A stretch of DNA of 64,000 nucleotides. Origin: an uncultured Clostridia bacterium. GTDB lineage: Bacteria; Bacillota; Clostridia; Christensenellales; UBA1242. The translations under genes and the position numbers were made by a program. Below, piece after piece: positions 19,980-28,386 of this stretch (the stretch's first letter is position 1; each line of letters opens with the position of its first letter). Under the pieces are notes generated by a model. The model was not told the DNA's origin. It saw nothing but the letters and a program-made list of their open reading frames with translations, and searched no databases. The stretch is taken from assembly GCA_944362965.1 (NCBI GenBank), contig CALVTR010000001.1, positions 90,529 through 154,528 of the forward strand, given 5' to 3'.

Positions 19980-21196
19980 TTATTCAACAATAGCCCGCCA
20001 ATATCTATTGTAATAAGTATCTGTTAAATAAGTCAATGCATTTGTTTGAACTTCTGAAGCCGTTGACGTTGCTATAATTGATGAATCTGAGAAAGAACTG
20101 CTACTTGCTATTTCCCAGTTATATGGCGTATTGAATGTTATTGCTGTGAGTCTACCGCAACCATAGAAAGCTTCCCTACCTATACTTGTCACACTGTCTG
20201 GGATTGTTATACTTGTTAAACTACTGCAACCTCGGAAAGCACCTTCAAGTATACTTGTCACTCCTTCTGGGATTGTTATACTTGTTAAACTAGAGCAATT
20301 TTGGAAAGTAAAACTACCTATACTTGTCACTCCTTCTGGAATTACTATACTTGTTAAACTAGAGCAATTTTGGAAAGTAAAACTACCTATACTTGTCACT
20401 CCTTCTGGAATTACTATACTTGTTAAACTATCGCAACCAGAGAAAGCACGATCACACTAAATTCGTAAGGTGAACGAGAAGTTCTATATATTGTTGACGG
20501 GGTTACTAATTCTCCTGTTGCACTTGTATTACAATCTGATACTCTTGCTGTGCCTGGTGAAGTTGTATAACTATATTTTAAATTACTATTTGCTGTTTCA
20601 AATATTGCATAATAGGTTGTTGGTGAATTCTCTGTGAAGGTGAAATTATAGTCTGTAAGAGTTGATACAAGCTCTAGTATAGGAGATCGTGCTTTCTCTG
20701 GTTGCGATAGTTTAACAAGTATAGTAATTCCAGAAGGAGTGACAAGTATAGGGTCAAATTCTTTAAAGCCGTCTTCATCTGCGTCGGTTAGGTCATTCAC
20801 GCCAATTATCCCGCCATGTCTTTCTGACACACCATCATTTGCAAGAGCTCCTAAATCTACACTTTCTATTGACCACAGAATATCCGTTGCATTGATTATA
20901 TCAAAATACAAGATAAAAGAACCGTGACCATTCTCTTCTGTCTCTAAAGACGTTAAGTCCATATTAAAGTTTCCATTTATGTAACCCGGTGTGAAGCTAT
21001 CAACAACAATCTCTTCACCACCCGCTTCTTGATACCTGACTTCTTTAACAAACAAGCTTCTATCAGGCACGACAAAGCTTAAATTGCCTTGTATGCTTAT
21101 ATGCTGTTGCGTCGCTGCATATACCCCAAGTATCAACGCCCCTAGCATAAGCATAAATAATGAAATTGTGGATATCAATTTTACTTTTAATGACAT
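19980..21196 (-). pseudogene. rearranged BspA-type LRR surface protein paralog (locus 2)
   Basis: The N-terminal 150 aa are near-identical to locus 1. After KEFDP, about 85 codons are replaced by an antisense LRR unit. A 13-nt deletion at the FSV/DRAFSG junction causes a frameshift and stop at 20423. The LRR C-terminus continues in ORF 19980-20399. Confidence 0.8.
20386..20752. repeat. perfect 68-bp inverted repeat flanking a 231-bp segment
   Basis: 20386-20453 is the exact reverse complement of 20685-20752, checked base by base. Both arms encode one LRR unit (DRAFSGCDSLTSIVIPEGVTSIG). Confidence 0.9.
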
Positions 21197-21354
21197 AAAT
21201 CTCTCCTTAACGCAAAAATTTTATTTTTATTTTGTTTAATCACTGCTGTTTTTATGCAAATTTCGACCTTACTTGCATATCTTAGCCACATTTTAGCATT
21301 TTTGCAATCCCTTTGTCTCAAGGGTGACGGCACGATGCCGTCAAATCACGACCC

Positions 21355-21780
21355 GAATTTTCGAACCATATGTTCGACGATTGTTCGATTAAGAGTGTCT
21401 AAGTTTTAAACTACATCTCCGCTCTCTAAGCCTAACGCTTGGCGGTTATACGGCAGAGTGAGAATAAGAGATAAGCTATGTCTCCGCTCTTAAGCCAAAT
21501 GTTTGACGGCTGTCCGGCAAACTTAGTTTGCATCACTGTCCGATAAAGTGAATATAAGAAACAAACTTTATCTCCGCTCTCTAAGCCTAACGCTTGGCGA
21601 CTATCCGGCAGAGTAAGTTGAAAAAATAAACTTTGTCGCCGCTCTCAAACCTTACGTTTGACGATCGTCCGCGAGCCAGATGCTCGGCGTTTGTCCGGCA
21701 GAGTGACATAAAAGAATAGTCTTTATTCCCGCTCTCTTTAACCATATGTTCGACGGCTGTCTATGTGAGCGAGCTTTGTC
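21355..21780 (+). repeat. tandem array with alternating 65/90-bp units
   Basis: Unit heads T(C/T)(T/G/C)CCGCTCT at 21416, 21481, 21571, 21636 and 21726, giving spacings of 65, 90, 65 and 90. Each unit carries a 4-5 bp hairpin with a 5-nt loop followed by G(G/A)CG. Confidence 0.8.
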
Positions 21781-21788
21781 GCAGATAT

Positions 21789-21874
21789 GAGAAGGCATAA
21801 AGGCTGACAAGCCTTTTGGAAGGCAAAAAGTTTTTGCCTTCTTGTGCATTTTGAAAAAATGCACATGCCTTCTC
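21789..21874 (-). promoter_or_regulatory. locus 2 copy of the four-way-junction leader
   Basis: About 90% identical to 10436-10520, with the same outer stem GAGAAGGCA/TGCCTTCTC and three hairpins. Here about 590 bp of repeats separate it from the gene. Confidence 0.55.
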
Positions 21875-21928
21875 ACACTCGCGGCGAAGCCGCTCGCGAT
21901 GGACATAGTATGTCCATCTTTTGCTATT

Positions 21929-21956
21929 AGTATACCCCCCCCGCAACCCTTGTCAA
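21929..21956 (-). promoter_or_regulatory. promoter P2 with a G8 tract in the spacer
   Basis: Minus strand reads TTGACA (21951-21956), AGGGTTGC, G8 (21935-21942), then TATACT (21929-21934), giving a 16-nt spacer. Confidence 0.6.
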
Positions 21957-22112
21957 CAAATTTTAAGCATTTTTTTAAAAAATTTTTATTTTTTTTGTGG
22001 ATTTGTCTTATATTGATAAATTTTCCCTATCTCCACTTTATATGAATATCTTTTCATATAACTATAATTCCATTGTATACTCCCTTTCTTTTTCATTACA
22101 GCTTATAATTTG

Positions 22113-22230
22113 TTTCTCCGCCGCAGGCAAGCGAATGAGGGATTTTTATTAAAAAATCACAATAGGCAAAATATGTTTTGCCTATAAAAACTCTAGTGAG
22201 TTTTTCATTCGCTTGCCTGCGGCGGAGAAA
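22113..22230. other. nested palindrome D: 26-bp outer stem plus three hairpins
   Basis: TTTCTCCGCCGCAGGCAAGCGAATGA (22113-22138) pairs perfectly with 22205-22230. Inner hairpins lie at 22141-22158, 22162-22185 and 22187-22204. Confidence 0.7.
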
Positions 22231-22336
22231 ACTCAAAACCAGTTCTGTTCTATAAATTCCATCCTTATTATCTCTTCACCTTTCACTCTTCATTTTTCAC
22301 TCCCGCGTCAGCGGTATGTCGCCAAGCGTCCGGCTT

Positions 22337-22365
22337 AAAAAAAAGGTAGCCAATTCTGGCTACCC
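22337..22365 (-). terminator. ftsW terminator
   Basis: Minus strand reads GGTAGCC-loop-GGCTACC followed by T8. Confidence 0.75.
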
Positions 22366-22451
22366 ATAAATTAAATTTAAAGTTAAATTTATTTTTTATC
22401 ATAATTTTCACTAAAAAATGCAAAAATATGTGGTTATTTTGTCATTTTTAT

Positions 22452-23618
22452 TTAATTTTGCTTTGATTTTGAGAATTTCAGCTTTTTAAATTTTATCACT
22501 TTCACATCTCCGCCCTTTGACTGACGCAAGACGTTAAGACAAATTCCAATGCCTGCCATAAACACCATAACAGACGTCCCACCACTTGAAATAAACGGAA
22601 GTGGCAAGCCTGTTGGCGGGATTGAGCCTGTGACTACCGCAATATTAAGCAGTGTTTGAACGGCGATTATAAATGCAACACCGCTGACCAGCATTGAGCC
22701 AAACCTATCTTTTGCGTTTAGTGCAATTTTGATAAGCCTGTAGACAAGCACAAAGAACACAATCATCAAAATTGTCACACCAACAAAACCAATCTCTTCG
22801 CCGATGATTGACAAAATAAAGTCTGATTCAGCAAAAGGAAGAAAAAGGTATTTTTGACGAGAGTTGAAAAGTCCAACACCAAACCACCCGCCGTCACCAA
22901 GCGAATAGAGCGACTGAATAAGCTGAAAGCCTTCTCCTTGCGGTGACGCCCATGGGTCTATGAAGGCAAGCAGTCTTCTTAGGCGGTATGGCTCAAGCAC
23001 CACAAGCAGCGGAACGCAAGCAGCGGCAGGAATTGAGAACATAAGGGTGTGTTTTTTGCTCATTCCACCGATAATCAGCATAAAAAGAGTTACAAACGCG
23101 ATACACATAGTCACGCTCATTGACGGCTCTAGCATGATAAGCACGCACATCAGCCCGCCAACTATCAAAACAGACAGAAGCCCTTTAAAGGTTTTGACCT
23201 TGTCATGATTGTCGGACATATAGGCGGCAGTGAAAATCACTAGTGCAAACTTTGCTATCTCTGATGGCTGAATTGAAAACCCAAGTATTGACACCCAGCG
23301 TTTTGCACCATAACTTTCCATTCCAAGTCCAGGCACAAAGACAAGCACTAAAAGCACAAAAGTTCCGCCAACAATCCACCATTTATATTTTTTTAGCAGA
23401 TGATAGTCAAAAAAGGTGAAAAATATCATTGCGATAACGCCAAGCACCACACCAAAAATTTGTTTTATAAGAAAGAAATATTTGTTGCCATAGTGATAAT
23501 TTGCACTATAATATGACGCGCTATAAACCATTAAGCACCCAAAAATCACAAGTGCCATAACAAGTAGCGCAATTACTATAATATCAGTTCTGCATTTCGA
23601 TTTTTTCAAAGTTATCAA
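22452..23618 (-). CDS. ftsW: SEDS-family peptidoglycan polymerase FtsW/SpoVE
   Basis: Polytopic protein with LPFISSGGTS and ESDFI motifs. The start is uncertain: I favour the TTG at 23618, 7 nt after AAGGAG; the ORF extends to 23681, overlapping murD. Confidence 0.85.
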   Translation of the reverse strand: MITLKKSKCRTDIIVIALLVMALVIFGCLMVYSASYYSANYHYGNKYFFLIKQIFGVVLGVIAMIFFTFFDYHLLKKYKWWIVGGTFVLLVLVFVPGLGMESYGAKRWVSILGFSIQPSEIAKFALVIFTAAYMSDNHDKVKTFKGLLSVLIVGGLMCVLIMLEPSMSVTMCIAFVTLFMLIIGGMSKKHTLMFSIPAAACVPLLVVLEPYRLRRLLAFIDPWASPQGEGFQLIQSLYSLGDGGWFGVGLFNSRQKYLFLPFAESDFILSIIGEEIGFVGVTILMIVFFVLVYRLIKIALNAKDRFGSMLVSGVAFIIAVQTLLNIAVVTGSIPPTGLPLPFISSGGTSVMVFMAGIGICLNVLRQSKGGDVKVIKFKKLKFSKSKQN

Positions 23619-24897
23619 ACATAATCTCCTTAAAGATTTCACCGCGAACAGCATAGGATGAAAATTCATCAAAACTTGCACACGCAGGGGCTAGCAGTAT
23701 CTTCTGCCCAGGCTGTGCATTCGCCTTTGCATAAAAGGCAGCTTCTTTCATGCTTGCAAAAAGCAAGGGCTGATAGCCGTAACCTACTGCACAATCAAAA
23801 ATCTCCTGTCCCGCCTGACCAAAGCAGAGAACCTGCTCAAAGTTATAATTTTTATTGAAAATTTCATCAAACTTGAATCCCTTATTTTGTCCGCCAAGCA
23901 AAAGCACAAGCCCATTTTCTCCAAGTGAGCTGATTGAAGCAAGAGCGGCAGAGATATTGGTTGCCTTAGAATCGTCAAAGACGTCAGCCCCACCGACCTG
24001 TCCAAGATATTCAAGGCGGTGCGGCGGAGCTTTAAAACTGACAATAGCCGCCTTAATAACTGCTGGCTTTACTTTCATTTTTACCGCAATAGACACCGCA
24101 GCCAAAACGTTTTCAAGATTTTTTTCACCAAAAAGCGGCAAGTCATTTAGTGAAATAATTTTTGTTTTATTATGAAAAATTGCATTATTTTTCACAAAAA
24201 CACCTTTATTCAGCATTTTTTTTGAAAAAAACAGCACTTTTTTATCAATTAACAATTTATTTGTGTTTTCATCATCATAGTTTAGCACCACCTTTTGTCT
24301 GTGTTTGCCTGTCAAAATTTTCTTCTTGACGCGCAGATATTCTTCAAAACTGCCATGCCTGTCTATATGGTCAGGTGCAAGATTTAAAATGCAGGCAACA
24401 TCTGCCGCAAAATAGCTTGAAAGTTCAAGCTGAAAGTTGCTAACTTCACACACTATAACTGAATTTTTGTCAGTTTTTAGTGCTATATTTGATATTGGCT
24501 GTCCGATATTTCCACAGACAAAGGTTTGCTTGTTCGACTTTTTCATGATGTCACCAACAAGAGAAGTTGTTGTTGTCTTGCCGTTAGTGCCTGTTATGCC
24601 AATAATCTTGCCCTTTGAAAAAAGATAGCCGAGGTCAAGTTCACTTATAACCGGTGTATTATTCATAAAAAAATGCGATATAAGCCCGTTGCCAATAACC
24701 TTTATGCCAGGACTGACAACAACAAAATCATATTTCTTTTGAAGTGGCTCCTTTTCATAGTTAAAAATATTTGAAAACCTGTTCTCATCGTCATAGATGC
24801 TAACGCACGCACCCTTCTCATGAAGCAGTTTGCAAGCAGCTTGCCCACTTATACCCATGCCATACACAAGCACATTTTTACCTTTTAATTTTATCAT
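23584..24897 (-). CDS. murD: UDP-N-acetylmuramoylalanine--D-glutamate ligase MurD
   Basis: VLVYGMGISGQA, GITGTNGKTTTT and the Mur ligase domains. The start is taken at MIKLKGKN, overlapping the mraY stop by 4 nt. Confidence 0.92.
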   Translation of the reverse strand: MIKLKGKNVLVYGMGISGQAACKLLHEKGACVSIYDDENRFSNIFNYEKEPLQKKYDFVVVSPGIKVIGNGLISHFFMNNTPVISELDLGYLFSKGKIIGITGTNGKTTTTSLVGDIMKKSNKQTFVCGNIGQPISNIALKTDKNSVIVCEVSNFQLELSSYFAADVACILNLAPDHIDRHGSFEEYLRVKKKILTGKHRQKVVLNYDDENTNKLLIDKKVLFFSKKMLNKGVFVKNNAIFHNKTKIISLNDLPLFGEKNLENVLAAVSIAVKMKVKPAVIKAAIVSFKAPPHRLEYLGQVGGADVFDDSKATNISAALASISSLGENGLVLLLGGQNKGFKFDEIFNKNYNFEQVLCFGQAGQEIFDCAVGYGYQPLLFASMKEAAFYAKANAQPGQKILLAPACASFDEFSSYAVRGEIFKEIMFDNFEKIEMQN

Positions 24898-25856
24898 AAC
24901 ACCCCTGTGACAAATAGATAGCCGATAAGCGTGCCTAGTCCGCACACCATCGTTATTACTATATATACTGCCACAATGCGATTTTCATGCACACCGCTTT
25001 TCTCAAAATGATGATGAAGCGGCGCCATTTTGAATACCCTTTTATGTGTCTTTTTATAGTAGCCCACTTGAATAATATCTGAAAGCGCCGTAAGCACATA
25101 CAAAATGCCGATTATTGGAAGGATAAGCTCAAGCTTTGTGAATACCGCGAGCGACGCAATCGCACCGCCGAGTGCAAGCGAGCCTGTATCTCCCATAAAT
25201 ATCTTTGCGGGAAAGCAGTTGAAAAGAAAAAAGCCTACAAGAGCCCCTAAGAGTGCAAAAGCAATTATTGAATAGTTATAACCGCCTGCAAGTAATGCTG
25301 TGATTATGCCAAAGAATAACAGATAGGTTCCGCTCACCCCTGTGGCGAGTCCATCAAGTCCGTCAGTCAAATTGACTGCATTTGTGACCGCAACATAAAA
25401 AATTATAATAAATGGTATGATAAAAAGCCCTAAATCTAGCTGTAACCCGAAGAAATTCAGGTCGCTTCCAACCTTAAAATAAGCAAAAATTGCAATTATT
25501 GTTGCAATAGATACTTGTCCAATAATCTTCTGATAAGGCTTTAACCCTTCATTTTTATGATATTTTATCTTGATAAAGTCGTCCATAAAGCCAAGAAGCC
25601 CATAGCCAAGCATAGTTAAAAGCACAAGCACCGGCATATAAACTTCGCCACGTAGAAATATTCCGCAAGCAAAAAGCGTGGCTAGAATAAAAATCCACCC
25701 GCCCATAGTTGGCGTTCCGCTTTTCCCTGCATGCTTGTCCACATAATGCAAAATAGTCTGCGAAAGGTGAAATTTCTTGCATAATTTAAGTATTGGCACA
25801 CCTAAAATAAGTGCCAGACTCAACCCCACTAAAAATACTAAAAAAAATTCAAGCAT
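24894..25856 (-). CDS. mraY: phospho-N-acetylmuramoyl-pentapeptide transferase MraY
   Basis: Ten-TM protein with NAVNLTDGLDGLA, MGDTGSLALGG and APLHHHFE motifs. Confidence 0.96.
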   Translation of the reverse strand: MLEFFLVFLVGLSLALILGVPILKLCKKFHLSQTILHYVDKHAGKSGTPTMGGWIFILATLFACGIFLRGEVYMPVLVLLTMLGYGLLGFMDDFIKIKYHKNEGLKPYQKIIGQVSIATIIAIFAYFKVGSDLNFFGLQLDLGLFIIPFIIIFYVAVTNAVNLTDGLDGLATGVSGTYLLFFGIITALLAGGYNYSIIAFALLGALVGFFLFNCFPAKIFMGDTGSLALGGAIASLAVFTKLELILPIIGILYVLTALSDIIQVGYYKKTHKRVFKMAPLHHHFEKSGVHENRIVAVYIVITMVCGLGTLIGYLFVTGVL

Positions 25857-26000
25857 ATGTCGCTCCTAAATATATTTATTATTTAGTTTACGCAAGTATG
25901 CCTGAATTATAAGAAAAAATAGAATAAAGAGAATTTATAAATATAGATTTTTTAAATTTACAAAATAAGATTAAATAAATATTGTATAGCTTTTGTATAT

Positions 26001-26119
26001 GGGCGGCGACAAAATTTTAAAACAAAAGTTTTAAAATTTAAAAAGAGAAACTTTTTATCGCTCCGAGATAAAAAGTTTCTCTTTTTTGCTCGCTTTTTCA
26101 AAGCGAGCGGTCGCCGCCC
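26001..26119. other. nested palindrome A: 10-bp GC outer stem plus three perfect hairpins
   Basis: GGGCGGCGAC (26001-26010) pairs with GTCGCCGCCC (26110-26119). Inner stems of 12, 16 and 9 bp lie at 26012-26039, 26044-26082 and 26088-26108. Confidence 0.7.
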
Positions 26120-26145
26120 TGCTTATAAGCTAAACATACACACAT

Positions 26146-26176
26146 AAAAAAACAAGAAACAAAAATGTTTCTTGTT
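26146..26176 (-). terminator. terminator of the 26305-27444 gene
   Basis: AACAAGAAAC/GTTTCTTGTT 10-bp stem with a T-run on the minus strand. Confidence 0.7.
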
Positions 26177-26304
26177 TTAACTAAAAGTTTTTAAGTTATT
26201 ATTTTTTCTTAATTTTATTGATTTTTTACTTATTTTTATGTAATTTTTGTGTTTTTAAGATAAATTTTATAATATTTTATTAAACTTCATCTTATAAGCA
26301 ATGA

Positions 26305-27444
26305 CTACACGCTCTCCGGATCGCCGCCAACTACTTCATCACCAATATAGGCATAGAGCTTATTTATAAGAGACTTTCTCTTTATTCTTGGCTCAAGAAT
26401 AGTAAGTAATTTTACAATTTTATCACCGTTTGCTATAACATCTTCTGTCCTTGCATATTCTAAAATGCCTTCAAGAAGCTCATCAATACTGATATTTCTT
26501 ACATATAAATTCTTTTCTTTATCGCCACGCGTTAAAATCTCAAGCACATTGCAGATATATTCAACATCCCCGCTCTCAGCAAGCTTGCTTGTGGCTTCCA
26601 CTCTACAATATCCAGTTGAGAGAGCAAATTGCATGCAGGCTCTTGGATTCTTGCATTTTTGCATAAATTTTTCAGCAATAACCTGTGAATACACCGGAGT
26701 ATAAGCATTTGCATACCTAATAACCTTATAAGGCTCCATTTCACTTACAATTTCTGCAATGGCGTTGATAAGAAATTTGCGACTTGCTCCCTTGATAGCA
26801 GGTCCATTATTTCCTATATAATCACAAAGTTTATGCAGGTATTCAACATTTCCTATCTCAACAAGCGCATCAATAATCCTATCTAATTTTGTTCTTCCAA
26901 GTCTTGCAAGGTGGTATATTGCTCGCGGGTTTTTGCTTTTAAGTATTGCACTTTCAAGTTTTATAAAATCATCACCATCTACTTGAGAAGCAACTTCAAG
27001 CATAAGCATTGGGTCATTTTTTTGAATAACCGAATCTATATATAAATCTTTGCTTATATTCTTTATATTTGCGGTAAAGCGTGCAAGTGCATTTGTATCG
27101 TTTGATTTTAGCACAATTTGTCCAATAATTTCTTTTTCTTCTTCAAAAAGACACTCTTGATTTTTTTCGGTATACTCAACTATACTATTTGGAGAATAAA
27201 CATAACTTAATAGACTAACAGGTATATGAAGATTATAAAACTTAACGCTTGGCAAATTTGCAAAAGCTTTAGCGTTAGATTGGCGAGCCACCTTTTGAAC
27301 TATTCCATCAGTCTCTTGTGGGCGAATATAAGCTTCAATATCTTTAAGCACATAAGTTATCTCGGCATCATTCCATGCGCGCGTTATAATCCCCACTCTA
27401 TTTACTCTGTCTGTCAATTTGCTTAATAATTCTTTAAATTCCAT
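26305..27444 (-). CDS. hypothetical alpha-helical repeat protein
   Basis: The start is taken at MEFKELL; the ORF extends to 27507. Internal repeats KNPRA...(A/L) and G(N/D)VEY(L/I). No catalytic motif recognised. Confidence 0.55.
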   Translation of the reverse strand: MEFKELLSKLTDRVNRVGIITRAWNDAEITYVLKDIEAYIRPQETDGIVQKVARQSNAKAFANLPSVKFYNLHIPVSLLSYVYSPNSIVEYTEKNQECLFEEEKEIIGQIVLKSNDTNALARFTANIKNISKDLYIDSVIQKNDPMLMLEVASQVDGDDFIKLESAILKSKNPRAIYHLARLGRTKLDRIIDALVEIGNVEYLHKLCDYIGNNGPAIKGASRKFLINAIAEIVSEMEPYKVIRYANAYTPVYSQVIAEKFMQKCKNPRACMQFALSTGYCRVEATSKLAESGDVEYICNVLEILTRGDKEKNLYVRNISIDELLEGILEYARTEDVIANGDKIVKLLTILEPRIKRKSLINKLYAYIGDEVVGGDPESV

Positions 27445-27570
27445 ATTTTTTTCTCCCTTTGTAATATTTCTATAAGTATATTTTACTACAATATTAAAAA
27501 TAGTCAATACTAAAATTGTAATTTTTTATCATTGACATGACCGGCTTTTTATGTTATAACAAACTGGTAG

Positions 27571-28269
27571 GTGAAAATCATGGAAGAAGCTTTTTTAAAA
27601 CTTAAAAAAATTGATGAATTTATTGAGAAAAAATATAGAATTTCAGATAGCCGCGACTTTAAAATTATCAAACTTTATGCGGACGCTGTCTATGATTTTT
27701 TAGTCCACTATTGCACCTATGATAGTAGTTCTGCTAGCATTGTTAAAGCAAACAACAACGACACCGAAATATATAATAGACTTTTAAACTTAAAAAACTG
27801 CGTCTTGACAGGCAAAGGAGTGTGTGGACAGTTTGCTCAATTTTTTACCACTCTTGTGGCAAATAGAATTTATAAGGTATGTGGAAAAGCAAGATGCGGC
27901 ATTCTTAACGCAAAGATATACTTTACAGACAAAAATGGAAATAACAAAATAGACCCGCATAGCTTAAACTTTCTTTCCTTTGACGGCAGGCTTTATCTAT
28001 ATGACATTTCAATGGGCTTAAAACAAGCTGTAAAAGCACAAGAGCCTAACGCTTTCTGCGGAATTGACAGTGAGCTCTATCAAACTCGCCTTGCAAAGTT
28101 TGACAATAATTCCACTATAGAGTCAACAAATATGCTATATATTGAGCCTAAGCCAATGAAAGCAGTGTTTGAACTTTTCTATCCACATAAAAGTTTTTAT
28201 ATCAAAAAGACGGAAGATTATGAAGGCGTTAAAGCCCCAGATATCTTCACATCTCCAGAAAATTATTAA
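27571..28269 (+). CDS. transglutaminase-like cysteine peptidase-fold protein
   Basis: GKGVCGQFAQFF (the G-x-C-x-x-FA core), then DPHS and LYDIS about 16 aa apart, fit a Cys-His-Asp triad. The ATG at 27580 is a likelier start than the GTG at 27571. Confidence 0.55.
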   Translation: MKIMEEAFLKLKKIDEFIEKKYRISDSRDFKIIKLYADAVYDFLVHYCTYDSSSASIVKANNNDTEIYNRLLNLKNCVLTGKGVCGQFAQFFTTLVANRIYKVCGKARCGILNAKIYFTDKNGNNKIDPHSLNFLSFDGRLYLYDISMGLKQAVKAQEPNAFCGIDSELYQTRLAKFDNNSTIESTNMLYIEPKPMKAVFELFYPHKSFYIKKTEDYEGVKAPDIFTSPENY

Positions 28270-28283
28270 AAAATGAACATAAA

Positions 28284-28316
28284 AAACTCTATTAGAATTG
28301 ATAGAGTTTTATTTTT
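28284..28316 (+). terminator. rho-independent terminator
   Basis: AAACTCTAT/ATAGAGTTT stem followed by a T-rich run. Confidence 0.6.
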
Positions 28317-28386
28317 ATAAAAAATTTACTAAAAAACAACTAAAATTTAAGTTTTTTATGAATTTTTTGTTGATTTTTTATTATTT

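Noticed and set aside
21355-21780. The tandem repeats as a CRISPR array.
   Set aside because: The repeats are degenerate, the alternating 65/90-bp units are themselves homologous rather than repeat plus unique spacer, and I recognised no cas genes in the window.
23619-23681. The longer FtsW ORF starting at 23681, about 100 nt inside murD.
   Set aside because: The extension has no RBS and encodes a non-conserved peptide. A TTG 7 nt after AAGGAG at 23618 gives a typical FtsW N-terminus, though that start remains uncertain.
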